A stretch of DNA of 64,000 bases from Solirubrobacterales bacterium. Lineage in GTDB: Bacteria > Actinomycetota > Thermoleophilia > Solirubrobacterales > JACPNS01. The notes under the pieces were generated by a model. That model worked only from the letters and a program-made list of their open reading frames with translations. It was not told where the DNA came from and did not search any database. The stretch lies in NCBI GenBank assembly GCA_016185345.1, contig JACPNS010000005.1:34117-98116 (forward strand). Reading direction: 5' to 3'. Position numbers and translations under genes: made by a program. Positions 54,909-64,000 of this stretch are shown piece by piece (positions within the stretch are counted from its first letter, which is position 1; each line of letters begins with the position of its first letter).

Positions 54909-55008
54909 CTCTTGGGTCGATTGCCATGAGTGCATCATCGCCGAACCCCCCGCAGAATCCAATACGGGGAGCTGGCGAATGCAGAGGGGGATAACCCGAA
55001 AGCTGCTG

Positions 55009-57135
55009 TTACTGGCCGTGGCCGAAACGCACGTCCGGCAGCACGGCGCCGGCCCAACGCGGCAGATACCAGGCCCATTTGCCCATCACCCGCAGTAACA
55101 CCGGCATAAGCAGCAGCCTGATCAGCATCGTGTCAAGCAGCACCGCGATACCGAGAATCACGCCCATCTCTTTCGGTGGGAGGGGGCCGGAGATCGCGAA
55201 GGTGAAGAACACCGCGACCATCACGGCGCCCGCGGCGAAGATCACGCGGCCCGAGTGGGCGACGCCTCCGACCATCGCTTCCTTGGGGTCGTGGCTGCGG
55301 TCCCAGTGTTCCTTGGCGCTCGAAAGCAGAAACACCGTGTAGTCCATCGAGATCGCGAACATCATCGCGAAGAAGAACACCGGGCCCCAGGCGTCAAGGA
55401 ATCCCTGCGGATCAAAGCCCAGCACTCCGCTCAACGCGCCGTCCTGGAAGATCAGCTTGGCGACGCCGAACGCGGCGCCGGCGGCGAGGAGGTTTGTCAG
55501 CACGCCAGCTGCCGCCAGAAGCGGAGCGCGTAACGCAACCAACAGCAGTAGGAATCCGAGCGCCAGTACCACGCCGATCACCAGCCACGTCTTGTCGGCG
55601 AGTGCCGACTCGAGGTCGTGGTTTTCCGCAACCACGCCGCCGATCAAAGCGCCCGTGGGCAGCTCAGCTCGCAGGCGATCGATTGTCGGACCGATCGTCG
55701 GTGACGACGGGTCGGCGGTCGGCACCGCGTTGTACATCGTGTAGCCACCACTGGTTCCTGCAGGTGCAACCGCCGCGATCCCCTGGTCGGACTTGAGGAC
55801 CACAGAACTCTGAGCTGCGCCCGAGTTCGGCACGACCACCTGCATCGTCCCTGCCGCGCCTGGACCGAGCGCATTTGAGACCTTCTCGTAACCGACGCGC
55901 GACTGGTCGCCTTCGGGCACGACCTTGATGGACGGCATTGCCGTATTCAGGTTCAGTACCGGCAGCGCCAACGCCACGAGGATCGCAACTGCCGCTCCAC
56001 CGAACGCCCACGGATGACGCCAGAGCCGCTCAGCCCAGGCCGCAAACGTCGGCGAGCGGTGCTCGCCGCTCTGGCCCCAGGGCAGTGCGAGCTTGTCCAC
56101 CTTCGATCCGAGCCGCGCGAGTACGGCTGGCAGCAACGTCATCGTTGCGGCGAGGATGAACAACACGGCAAGCATGATTCCGAGACTCATCGAACGGAAG
56201 GCCGGGCTCGGAACGAGCATCACGGCAGACAACGAGATGAGCACCGTCGCGCCCGAGAACAGCACCGCCTTTCCTGCCGTGTCCATCGTCGCGGCGGTCG
56301 CGTCTCGTGGCGTCATTCCCGCGCCGAACAGCGCGGCGCGGTAGCGGTGCACCATGAACAGCGCGTAGTCGATACCGAGCGCCAGCGCGAACATCAGCGC
56401 AAAGTTCATCGCCCAGATCGACACCGGCGACACCTTGGTGACCAGATACAGCGATCCCGCCGCGGCGACGAGCGAAATGATCGTCAACATCAGCGGCAAC
56501 CCGGCCGCGACAAGCGAGCCGAAGGCAAACAACAGGATCAGCAGCGTGACCGGCCAGGAGATCAGCTCGGATTTCATCATTGCGTCGCGATTGGCGACGT
56601 TGAAGTCGGACCACATACCGGGCGCGCCAGTGAGGTAGGCGTTCACGTCGCCCGATCCAGTCGCGGCGATCCCCTCTTTCAGCCGGTCGGCCGCGCGAAC
56701 CATTTCATTGCTGTCTCGAGCGGCGCCCGCCTGAACAACGGCAGTCTTTCCGTCCTTGGAGATCGTCACGCCCGTGCGCGGGGCGGCGACGGTCGTCACC
56801 GCAGGATCCGCGTTGAGTTGTTCAGTCACCGAGGCGACCGTCTGCTCGAACTGCGGAGCGGAAGCGTTCAGCGTGTCGGAGGCAACCACGACCATCAGGC
56901 CGTAACCGCCGAACCCGCCGAAGTCGCGGTCCACAACGTCGCGGGCGGCGACCGATTCAGAACCAGACGCCTCCCAACCAGCACCCGAAAGCGCGTCCTC
57001 GACCCGCGGTGCGAAGAACCCAAGGACGACGATCAGCAGGACCCATACGACCAGAACCGCACGGAAGTGGTCGGACATATAGGCGCCAAAGCGCCCGATC
57101 GACCCGAACTGGGGTGAGGTTTCGACTGAGGTCAT
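55009..57135 (-). CDS. MMPL-family (RND superfamily) membrane transporter
   Basis: Trimmed to 'MTSVETSPQFGS...', 708 aa. Two 'GIDYALF'/'SMDYTVF' type repeats, 12 TM helices and two large loops. Confidence 0.9.
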   Translation of the reverse strand: MTSVETSPQFGSIGRFGAYMSDHFRAVLVVWVLLIVVLGFFAPRVEDALSGAGWEASGSESVAARDVVDRDFGGFGGYGLMVVVASDTLNASAPQFEQTVASVTEQLNADPAVTTVAAPRTGVTISKDGKTAVVQAGAARDSNEMVRAADRLKEGIAATGSGDVNAYLTGAPGMWSDFNVANRDAMMKSELISWPVTLLILLFAFGSLVAAGLPLMLTIISLVAAAGSLYLVTKVSPVSIWAMNFALMFALALGIDYALFMVHRYRAALFGAGMTPRDATAATMDTAGKAVLFSGATVLISLSAVMLVPSPAFRSMSLGIMLAVLFILAATMTLLPAVLARLGSKVDKLALPWGQSGEHRSPTFAAWAERLWRHPWAFGGAAVAILVALALPVLNLNTAMPSIKVVPEGDQSRVGYEKVSNALGPGAAGTMQVVVPNSGAAQSSVVLKSDQGIAAVAPAGTSGGYTMYNAVPTADPSSPTIGPTIDRLRAELPTGALIGGVVAENHDLESALADKTWLVIGVVLALGFLLLLVALRAPLLAAAGVLTNLLAAGAAFGVAKLIFQDGALSGVLGFDPQGFLDAWGPVFFFAMMFAISMDYTVFLLSSAKEHWDRSHDPKEAMVGGVAHSGRVIFAAGAVMVAVFFTFAISGPLPPKEMGVILGIAVLLDTMLIRLLLMPVLLRVMGKWAWYLPRWAGAVLPDVRFGHGQ

Positions 57136-57413
57136 TGGGATGACCCCTTGGCACACGCCGGCTCTGCGCTTGTGAATTGGCGCAGGATCAGTGAGGCGCC
57201 ACAGAAGCCGACGCTCGCGTAAAGCAGCTGGTTCACGCCGACAAAGCCAGTGAGCAGCAGGAACCACGGCGAAACGAGTGCGGCGAGCGCCGTGGCGACC
57301 AGAAGGACGATTCCGGCGAGCAGGAACAGCAGTCGCTCGAGCGGCCAGGCGCCGCCCCAGGTCTGGCCAGCTTGCTCTTTGCAGGTTGAATCAGCGTATT
57401 GAATGACAGACAT
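57132..57413 (-). CDS. small membrane protein (DUF2892 / YgaP-TM-like)
   Basis: 93 aa with two TM helices. 'ERLLFLLAGIVLL' and 'TGFVGVNQLLYASVGFCG'. Its stop overlaps the MMPL start (ATGA). Confidence 0.5.
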   Translation of the reverse strand: MSVIQYADSTCKEQAGQTWGGAWPLERLLFLLAGIVLLVATALAALVSPWFLLLTGFVGVNQLLYASVGFCGASLILRQFTSAEPACAKGSSQ

Positions 57414-57459
57414 GGCGTGCGGTTCCCCCTTAGAGGATCGAGGCGTGAAGTAACAACAC

Positions 57460-57481
57460 TATACAACTTTACAGTTGTATA
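57460..57481. promoter_or_regulatory. perfect inverted repeat TATACAACT-TTAC-AGTTGTATA, candidate ArsR operator
   Basis: 9-bp arms in the AT-rich region between the divergent ArsR gene and the DUF2892-MMPL operon. Confidence 0.7.
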
Positions 57482-57531
57482 TGCGTTATGCTGGTTCAAC
57501 GATCCGCTACCGACAGGAATACGATCTGAAA

Positions 57532-57888
57532 ATGGCCGCCGGGAACACAACTGAGTTTGACCTCAACGACCCATTGATCGATCTCGTCGCAGAGCGCTTT
57601 CGGGTGCTTGGCGAGCCGATGCGCCTTCGTCTGTTGAACGCGCTCCGAGCGGGTGACGCGTCAGTCGGCGAATTGCGCGACGCGCTCGGCGCGTCCCAAC
57701 AGAACGTGTCAAAGCACCTTGCGATTCTGCACCAGTCAGGGATGGTCGCCCGCTCGAAATCCGGCAACCAGACCAGATACCGGATCTCCGACGAAAGCGT
57801 CTTCGAGCTCTGCGATCTCGTCTGCGGCGGCGTGCGCGAACGGGTCGACATGCTCGATTCGATCCTGCGATCGAGCGGCGCGGCTTAA
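57532..57888 (+). CDS. ArsR/SmtB-family transcriptional regulator
   Basis: 'FRVLGEPMRLRLLNALRAGDASVGELRDALGASQQNVSKHLAILHQSGMV'. Start taken at the ATG at 57532; the track ORF starts at 57475. Confidence 0.85.
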   Translation: MAAGNTTEFDLNDPLIDLVAERFRVLGEPMRLRLLNALRAGDASVGELRDALGASQQNVSKHLAILHQSGMVARSKSGNQTRYRISDESVFELCDLVCGGVRERVDMLDSILRSSGAA

Positions 57889-57944
57889 CCCCACCTGAAT
57901 CTGTTGCAGGCCGGGATCGAACGTGCCGGTTTTATGATTGAGGC

Positions 57945-58619
57945 ATGAACAACTTGACCCTATGGCTCGTGCTCGCAGGCGTTCCCCTGATCTTCGGGCT
58001 GCTCGCCCAGCTGAGCGTGAAGCGCACCTTCGCGAAGTACAGCGAGATCCCCACAGCCAATGGCATGAGCGGCGCCGACGCGGCCGCCGCAGTGCTGCGT
58101 TACTCGGGTCTCCCCGGTCTCACGATCAACCCGATCGACGGTCAACTCACCGACCACTACGACCCGCGCAACAAGACCCTCAATCTATCGGCCGATGTCG
58201 GCCAGGCTCGCAGCGTCGCCGCGATCGGCGTAGCCGCCCACGAGGCTGGCCACGCGATCCAGGACGCCAAGGGTTACTGGCCGATGACCGTCCGCCAAAC
58301 ACTCGTGCCTGCTGCCAACTTCGGCGGCTCGCTCTGGTTCCTGCCGGTCTTCGCTGGGTTCATCCTGCAGTCAACCGGGCTGGTCACGATCGGGCTGGTG
58401 CTGTTTGCCGCGGTGGTGCTCTTCCAGCTGGTCACCCTGCCGGTCGAGTTCGACGCGTCACACCGCGCGCTCGTGGCGCTCGAAGAGAACAACCTCCTTG
58501 CAGGTGGCGAGATCGATGGAGCCCGCGCCGTCCTGCGCGCCGCTTCGCTGACCTACATCGCCGGCTTCGTCGCCGCGCTCGGTCAGCTGATCTACTTCTT
58601 CATCGCCAGCCGCGGCTAG
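57945..58619 (+). CDS. membrane zinc metallopeptidase (YugP-like, Zn_peptidase_2 family)
   Basis: 224 aa. 'GVAAHEAGHAIQD' HExxH motif and flanking TM helices. Confidence 0.8.
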   Translation: MNNLTLWLVLAGVPLIFGLLAQLSVKRTFAKYSEIPTANGMSGADAAAAVLRYSGLPGLTINPIDGQLTDHYDPRNKTLNLSADVGQARSVAAIGVAAHEAGHAIQDAKGYWPMTVRQTLVPAANFGGSLWFLPVFAGFILQSTGLVTIGLVLFAAVVLFQLVTLPVEFDASHRALVALEENNLLAGGEIDGARAVLRAASLTYIAGFVAALGQLIYFFIASRG

Positions 58620-59372
58620 CTAGAGAATCTTCACCGGCGTGCCCGGTGGCGCGAGCTTGAAAAGCTCGCGGATTTTCGCGTTGGTGACCAGAACGCATGG
58701 ATCGGAAGTGGTTCCAGGAACTCGCTCGGGACGATTGGTGCCGTGGATGCCGACGGTTTTGCGGCCCGGCCAATCGGTCTTGGCGTCAGAGATCGCGGAG
58801 AGACCGATCGCGAACGGACCAAAGCGCCCCTTCGCGTCGGTGCTGACCAGACGGTTGCGCACGTAGAAGCTGCCGGCCGGAGTTTCATGCTCTATCCGGC
58901 CGACGGCAACGGGAGCCGTCCAGACTTGCTGTTCGCGCTTGAAGAGCTTGACGGTGCGCTGAGCACGATCGATCTCAATGCGCGAATGGACGACGCGGTA
59001 CTTGTCAAGCGACGCGCGTCTGACCCAGCCCGTTCGCTGGAGGCGCATCGGCAGACGCACCTCCGTCCAGACGGTGCCATCGCTGTAGACGCGCTCGCGC
59101 AGGGTGAGCACCAGTTCACTCGTCTTGTCGGGCGTGAAACGAGTCAGCGTGCGCAGCTTCGCGCCGCGCTCACCGGGCCGTGAGAACGCGCTGACCTTCT
59201 TGCTCACGAAGGCCCAGCGAGTGGTGTCGAGCTCGTTCGAGAGCAAAGTTTCGGTGTAGTTTCCGTTCGCGCCCGCTGCCATGGCTGAGCCTGCCAGCGC
59301 GAGAACGATGGCGGTGGTTGTGATCGACAGGGCAATGAGCCGTGTCAGCGATGCGGAGGCACGCGAAGTCAT
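58620..59372 (-). CDS. L,D-transpeptidase (YkuD)-like secreted protein
   Basis: 250 aa with a signal peptide. 'VGIHGTN...SDPCVLVTN' resembles the HG(T)...S.GC catalytic motif. Confidence 0.65.
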   Translation of the reverse strand: MTSRASASLTRLIALSITTTAIVLALAGSAMAAGANGNYTETLLSNELDTTRWAFVSKKVSAFSRPGERGAKLRTLTRFTPDKTSELVLTLRERVYSDGTVWTEVRLPMRLQRTGWVRRASLDKYRVVHSRIEIDRAQRTVKLFKREQQVWTAPVAVGRIEHETPAGSFYVRNRLVSTDAKGRFGPFAIGLSAISDAKTDWPGRKTVGIHGTNRPERVPGTTSDPCVLVTNAKIRELFKLAPPGTPVKIL

Positions 59373-59445
59373 ACAACTGAGTTATCGGGCGATCCGCGCC
59401 CAGGCTGCAACTTATGGCTGGACAGCTACCCTTCAGGCTTCTTCC

Positions 59446-59519
59446 GGGCGCGTAACTCAGCTGGTTAGAGTGCCTCCCTTACAAGGAGGAAGTCGCAAGT
59501 TCGAATCTTGCCGTGCCCA
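59446..59519 (+). tRNA. tRNA-Val (anticodon TAC)
   Basis: Acceptor GGGCGCG/CGTGCCC. Anticodon arm CCTCC-CTTACAA-GGAGG. T-loop TTCGAAT. Confidence 0.92.
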
Positions 59520-59563
59520 CTTCTTCCCGGTTGAACGAGTCTGCCACAATTAGCGCGCATCCT

Positions 59564-59637
59564 GGGGATGTAGCTCAGTTGGTTAGAGCGCCGCCCTGTC
59601 AAGGCGGAGGTCGCGAGTTCGAGTCTCGTCATTCCCG
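59564..59637 (+). tRNA. tRNA-Asp (anticodon GTC)
   Basis: Acceptor GGGGATG/CATTCCC. Anticodon arm CCGCC-CTGTCAA-GGCGG. T-loop TTCGAGT. Confidence 0.92.
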
Positions 59638-59716
59638 TTTCGGTATTGGATTTGCCTGCCGAGCAAACCTCGACAGACGTCTCACCTTTCGGAAGGGGTC
59701 TGCGCGGGAAAGAGGC

Positions 59717-61912
59717 TTACGAGCCGAAGGCCGCATCGGCCGCGCGGTAGATCTCCATCAACTCTTCTTGCACGTTGCGACGCTCCTCGGGGCTCGGCGG
59801 TGAGAGGCGCTTCCAATCACCGCTGGTCTCAAGCTCCCAGGCATTCGAGTTGTCCGCGAAGCATCGGTCCAACGTGTCAAAGAGCGCATCTTTAAGGACC
59901 TCGTCCTCGACGGGTGTGACAAGCTCGACGCGGTTGTCGAGGTTGCGGCGCATCAGGTCGGCGGATCCGATCAGCGCGGTGCGTTCATCGCCGCGGACGA
60001 ATCCGTAGATCCGCGAATGCTCCAAGAATCGACCAACAACTGAGTTGACGCGGATGTTCTCCGAGACTCCCGGAACGCCGGGGCGCAGGCAGCAGATCCC
60101 GCGCACGTTCAGCTCGATCGGTACACCCGCGCGCGACGCTTGGTAGAGCGCTTCGATGCAGGCGACGTCGACCAGCGAGTTCATCTTCATGCGGATCTGC
60201 GACGGCACGCCTGCCTTGTGCGCCGCGATCGTCTTGTCGATCTGATCGAGGATCCCTGAGCGCATCTGGCTCGGGGCGATCAGCACCTTGCGCATTTCGT
60301 TGGGGCGCGCGAATCCGGTCAGGTAATTGAACATGTCGGTCACGTCAGCGCCGATCTCAGGATCCGTGGTGAAGAGACCGAAGTCGGTGTAGAGGCGCGC
60401 CGTGGTCGAGTGGTAGTTGCCGGTCCCGATGTGAACGTAGTTGCGCACGCCGTTGCCCTCGCGGCGCACGACCAGAAGGCATTTGGTGTGCGTCTTCAGA
60501 GACGGCGGTCCGTAGACGACGTGCACTCCCGACTGCTCGAGTTCGCGCGCCCATTGGATGTTCGCGCGCTCATCGAAGCGCGCCTTCAGCTCGACCAGCG
60601 CAACGGCCTGCTTGCCGCGCTCTGAAGCGCGGATCAGGGCGGGCACCAGCGGCGAGTCATCGCTTGTGCGGTACACGGTGAGCTTGATCGCCAGCACATC
60701 CGGGTCGTTGACGGCCTCCATCACAAAGCGCTCAACGGTCGCGCTGAAGGACTCGTAAGGGTGGTGGACCATGAAGTCGCCCTCGCGCATGGCCGCGAGG
60801 ATCGGGGTCTGTTCGCCGTCGGCGTCGCGCAGTCGTGCCGGCACGATCGGCGACCATTTCGGGTCGCGCAAATCGGCATGCCCTGGCAGCTTCACGATCC
60901 CCCAGAGGTCGACCAGGTCAAGTAGGCCGTCGATCTCGTAAAGGTCGCGTTCTTCTATCTCGAGCGACTCGACGAGCTCTTCGCGCAGCTCGCGGGAAAC
61001 ACCCTTCCCGACCTCAACGCGGACAACTTCGCCGAAGCGACGGCGGCGCAGTTCGTCCTCGACGGCGCGCAGCAGGTCGTCGGCCTCGTCGCTGACGGTG
61101 AAGTCGGCGTCGCGGGTCACGCGGAAGGCAGCGCATGCGATCACTTCAGTTCCAGGGAAGAGCGCGGAGAGGTTGTCTGCGATCACTTCTTCGAGCGGGA
61201 TCAGGTAGTTGCCGATCTCGTCGAAGCGCGGCAGGATCTCCTTCGGGACCTTGACCCGCGCGAACGTGGTCTGGTCGAGCTGCGGATCGCGCAACAGGAC
61301 GGCGAGGCTCAGCGAAAGATTCGAGATGTAGGGGAACGGTCGGCCGGGTCCGACCGCAAGCGGCGTCAGTACCGGATAGATCTGGGCGTGGAAGATTCGC
61401 CTGAGCTCTTCGCGTTGATCGCTGCTGAGATCTTCTACGTGGCAGATGTGGATGCCGTGCTCGGAGAGCTGCGGGATCAGTTCCTGGTTCAGCAATCGCG
61501 ACTGGCGGGCGATCTGCGCGCGGGCGCGTTCGCCGACGCCGTCCACGGTCTCGTCGGGCGTGCGACCGTCGGGGCCGCGCTTTTCGATGCCTGCGTCGAT
61601 CAGGTCGTGCAGACCAGCGAGACGAATCATGATGAATTCGTCGAGGTTTGATGAGAAGATCGCCGTGAACTTGACGCGCTCGAGCAGCGGAAGGTCCTTT
61701 TGCTCCGCCAGCTGCAGCACGCGATCGTTGAATTCCATCCACGAGAGTTCCCGGTTGAAGAAGTGATCACGATCGAGCAGATCGACTTCGTCAGCCTGCA
61801 GTTCACGCGCGGCGGTCTCTGCCGTAGTGCGCGTGGCCGGAACCGGGGTCGATTCATACGCATCGCGTGGAGTCACTGTCTGGCGCGACTGGATGGAGTT
61901 CGGTTCCGTCAC
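59717..61912 (-). CDS. ppk: polyphosphate kinase 1
   Basis: 731 aa. 'FFNRELSWMEFNDRVL' N-terminus and two PLD-like HKD-type domains ('KTHTKCLLVVRRE'). Confidence 0.95.
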   Translation of the reverse strand: MTEPNSIQSRQTVTPRDAYESTPVPATRTTAETAARELQADEVDLLDRDHFFNRELSWMEFNDRVLQLAEQKDLPLLERVKFTAIFSSNLDEFIMIRLAGLHDLIDAGIEKRGPDGRTPDETVDGVGERARAQIARQSRLLNQELIPQLSEHGIHICHVEDLSSDQREELRRIFHAQIYPVLTPLAVGPGRPFPYISNLSLSLAVLLRDPQLDQTTFARVKVPKEILPRFDEIGNYLIPLEEVIADNLSALFPGTEVIACAAFRVTRDADFTVSDEADDLLRAVEDELRRRRFGEVVRVEVGKGVSRELREELVESLEIEERDLYEIDGLLDLVDLWGIVKLPGHADLRDPKWSPIVPARLRDADGEQTPILAAMREGDFMVHHPYESFSATVERFVMEAVNDPDVLAIKLTVYRTSDDSPLVPALIRASERGKQAVALVELKARFDERANIQWARELEQSGVHVVYGPPSLKTHTKCLLVVRREGNGVRNYVHIGTGNYHSTTARLYTDFGLFTTDPEIGADVTDMFNYLTGFARPNEMRKVLIAPSQMRSGILDQIDKTIAAHKAGVPSQIRMKMNSLVDVACIEALYQASRAGVPIELNVRGICCLRPGVPGVSENIRVNSVVGRFLEHSRIYGFVRGDERTALIGSADLMRRNLDNRVELVTPVEDEVLKDALFDTLDRCFADNSNAWELETSGDWKRLSPPSPEERRNVQEELMEIYRAADAAFGS

Positions 61913-62808
61913 GAAAGCAATTCCAGCAGCTTTCCCTCTCGAAGTCCACCCTTGCCAATCCGCAGCGGGATCTCCAAGCGATCGCCGATGTCCTCAAGGA
62001 TCATCACGCCGGCCGGCAGCACCTGCACGCGCTCGGGGTCAAGCCCGAACTCTTCGGCGACCTCAGACGCGTCGTTGCGCGTGATCAGCCGGATTGCGCG
62101 CTCCATCGTTTCGTGCTCAAGCACGTTGCCGACCATGCGCCGCATCGAGGATGCACTGCCGCCAATCGCGATCGCGTGGTCCACCTTTGGGAAGGGAAAT
62201 TCGTCGAACATCGCGGTGATCGCGCGGCGCGCGGCGTCGAGGTCGTCGACGCTCGGCGGGTCGTTGTGGATGTGGCGATCAGTGATCATTCCCGAGCCGA
62301 TCCGGAAGGACGTGGACCACTTGACGCCTTCCTTCAAGGTGCCAACCGCGATCTCTGTCGATCCGCCGCCGACGTCGACCACAGCGATCGACCCCTCTTG
62401 TTCAGACATCGAATGCGTCGCACCGAGGAACGCAAGCCGCGCCTCGTCGTGTTCGTCGAGCACGTCGATCCGAACCCCGCTCTGTTCTTCGACGGTGTCC
62501 ACGAGCTCGTCGCCGTTGGTCGCGTCGCGCGTAGCGGCAGTTGCCATCGCGTAGACGTCGTCGGCACCGAGCACCTTCGCGAGTTTCACCTGGGTGGAGA
62601 TCGTGCGGGCGAGCTCGTCGATCTTCTTGTGCGTGATCGAGCCGTCCTCTTTGAGGCCGCGGCCCAGGCGCGTAAATGCGCGCTGACTGAGCAGCTGCCG
62701 GAATCCATCGCCGCTCTTCTCGGCCACCAGAAGCCTGGTGGTGTTCGAGCCGATGTCGATCACCGCTGCCGGGTGCTTTCCGTTGCCATTCTTCGTTTCG
62801 TCTGACAT
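61909..62808 (-). CDS. ppx: exopolyphosphatase (Ppx/GppA family)
   Basis: 299 aa. 'AVIDIGSNTTRLLV' and 'DVGGGSTE' ASKHA-fold motifs. Its stop overlaps the ppk start by 4 nt. Confidence 0.9.
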   Translation of the reverse strand: MSDETKNGNGKHPAAVIDIGSNTTRLLVAEKSGDGFRQLLSQRAFTRLGRGLKEDGSITHKKIDELARTISTQVKLAKVLGADDVYAMATAATRDATNGDELVDTVEEQSGVRIDVLDEHDEARLAFLGATHSMSEQEGSIAVVDVGGGSTEIAVGTLKEGVKWSTSFRIGSGMITDRHIHNDPPSVDDLDAARRAITAMFDEFPFPKVDHAIAIGGSASSMRRMVGNVLEHETMERAIRLITRNDASEVAEEFGLDPERVQVLPAGVMILEDIGDRLEIPLRIGKGGLREGKLLELLS

Positions 62809-62824
62809 GCGCCTATCTCACCGA

Positions 62825-63946
62825 TCAGAGCGGACTGATCTCGCGCAGGCGCTCGGAGAGCAGCCGACTGAAGATTTTCTGCGTCGGACCAGTCGGTTGC
62901 TCGATCGCAATCGAGAGGCTGGTCTCTTCGTCGATCCGAGCGCGCATCGCCACTCGTCGGCTGGCGGCAATCAGGATCGCTTCGATCTCGCGCACGAACG
63001 GTTCGGGCGCCTCACGGTCGCCGAGTTCGGTCTCGATCGAGGAGATCGCGGCGTCGGCCTGCATGCTCGCGAGCCCGCCCTGCTTGAAGCGGAAGTCCGT
63101 GACATCGCCGACGGCATAGACATTGGTCGTTCTCTCAACAAGCTGGTTGGCGTCCACGTGGATGAAGCCGTTCTCGTCGGTCGGGATTCCGTCTGGAGCG
63201 CGGCCCGTCAGGCGCGGCATCGCGAAGAGGTGATCGGCAGCCTGGCTCGTGCCGTCGCTGAAGTGCGCGGTCGTTCCGTCGAAGGCTTCGACGGTCGTGC
63301 CCGTGTGCACGACCACTCCAAGCTCTGCGCACAGCCGGCGCACTGCCGCGCTGTTCTCGGCGCCGAAGACTTCGAGCGGCTCGGCCTCTGGCGTTGCGAT
63401 CGAAATCACTATCTGCTGGCCCCATTGGCGCTCGGCGCGCTCGGCGCACATCAGGGAGCATTCGTAGATCGGCAGCTGCCATGTCGGTCCCGACGGCGCC
63501 GTGAAGAGCACGCTTTGCACACTGCCGGCGTCGATCTCGGAGACGATTTTCTTGAGCTTGTCGAGCGACCCGGGCACGCCGAAAGTGACGGCGGGATCAG
63601 CGAGATCGGCGTGCGTATTCGTGCCTGTAGCGATCACCAGAGCGTCGAAGTTGAACTCGTCGCCCTCGGGCGTATAGGCCTTGGATGCGGCAGCGTCGAC
63701 GCGCTCAAGCGTGCCCTGCCACTGCGTAACGTTGGGGTGACGGATCACTTCGGCAACCGCGTACCTGGCGGTCTTCGTGACGCCGAACGGCTCCATCACC
63801 ATGTTCGGTCGGTACTGAAATTCCAGCTGCGGCGAGATCAGCGCGACGTTCGCGACAAGGTGCTTGCTGCCGGAAAGTCCGAGCGTCGCTTCGAGCGCGC
63901 CTGGTCCGCTGCCGGCAATCAGAATCTCAGGTCGCGACTCGCTCAT
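62825..63946 (-). CDS. FAD-dependent pyridine nucleotide-disulfide oxidoreductase (NDH-2/SQR-like)
   Basis: 373 aa. 'ILIAGSGPGALEA' dinucleotide fold and 'VYAVGDVTD'. Confidence 0.75.
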   Translation of the reverse strand: MSESRPEILIAGSGPGALEATLGLSGSKHLVANVALISPQLEFQYRPNMVMEPFGVTKTARYAVAEVIRHPNVTQWQGTLERVDAAASKAYTPEGDEFNFDALVIATGTNTHADLADPAVTFGVPGSLDKLKKIVSEIDAGSVQSVLFTAPSGPTWQLPIYECSLMCAERAERQWGQQIVISIATPEAEPLEVFGAENSAAVRRLCAELGVVVHTGTTVEAFDGTTAHFSDGTSQAADHLFAMPRLTGRAPDGIPTDENGFIHVDANQLVERTTNVYAVGDVTDFRFKQGGLASMQADAAISSIETELGDREAPEPFVREIEAILIAASRRVAMRARIDEETSLSIAIEQPTGPTQKIFSRLLSERLREISPL

Positions 63947-64000
63947 GGACAGAATCTACAAGCGCGCTGCCGGCTCCTGTGAAGGGTTGGCCAAATCTGC

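Overview
High-GC, gene-dense chromosomal segment with actinobacterial-type organisation. All calls rest on motif recognition in the supplied ORF track plus reading the DNA by eye; no database search was run. Core content: (1) a heat-shock operon dnaK-grpE-dnaJ-hspR-clpB (1.8-8.6 kb). (2) A dispersed purine-biosynthesis cluster: purD-purE, purB, purC, purS-purQ-purL-purF, purN-purH. It is repeatedly interrupted by accessory genes, and no purM or purK is present in the window. (3) Polyphosphate and stress-nucleotide genes: CHAD protein, small HD (p)ppGpp-hydrolase-like protein, ppk1-ppx. (4) Four tRNAs (Lys-TTT, Glu-TTC, Val-TAC, Asp-GTC). (5) Several regulator/transporter pairs with clear palindromic operators: HxlR-MFS, TetR-P450, ArsR-DUF2892-MMPL, and MerR with a large membrane protein. 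The most interesting region is a 6.5-kb block (37.4-43.9 kb, minus strand). It is a tandem duplication of a two-gene module. The first gene encodes a 530-545-aa cysteine-paired secreted multidomain protein. It is translationally coupled to a single polypeptide that fuses an ECF-type sigma factor, a zinc-binding anti-sigma (H-x3-C-x2-C) domain, a TM helix and a low-complexity tail. One copy carries an extra 187-aa ORF. The block is preceded by a 750-nt non-coding region holding four copies of a 19-bp palindrome in a mirror arrangement. Other accessory features: a RayT/IS200-like HUH transposase flanked by two copies of a REP-like hairpin; an AbiEi/AbiEii-like pair next to purB; a class-II-type Fic gene in the slot where purM normally lies, with twin hairpins over its start; a 97-bp nested palindrome between purN and purH; a 7-bladed RCC1-repeat secreted protein; an LVIVD-like repeat gene with a broken 5' end; and an MMPL gene remnant beside a P450-TetR cassette. 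Many long ORFs in the track are antisense shadows typical of high-GC DNA and were rejected.
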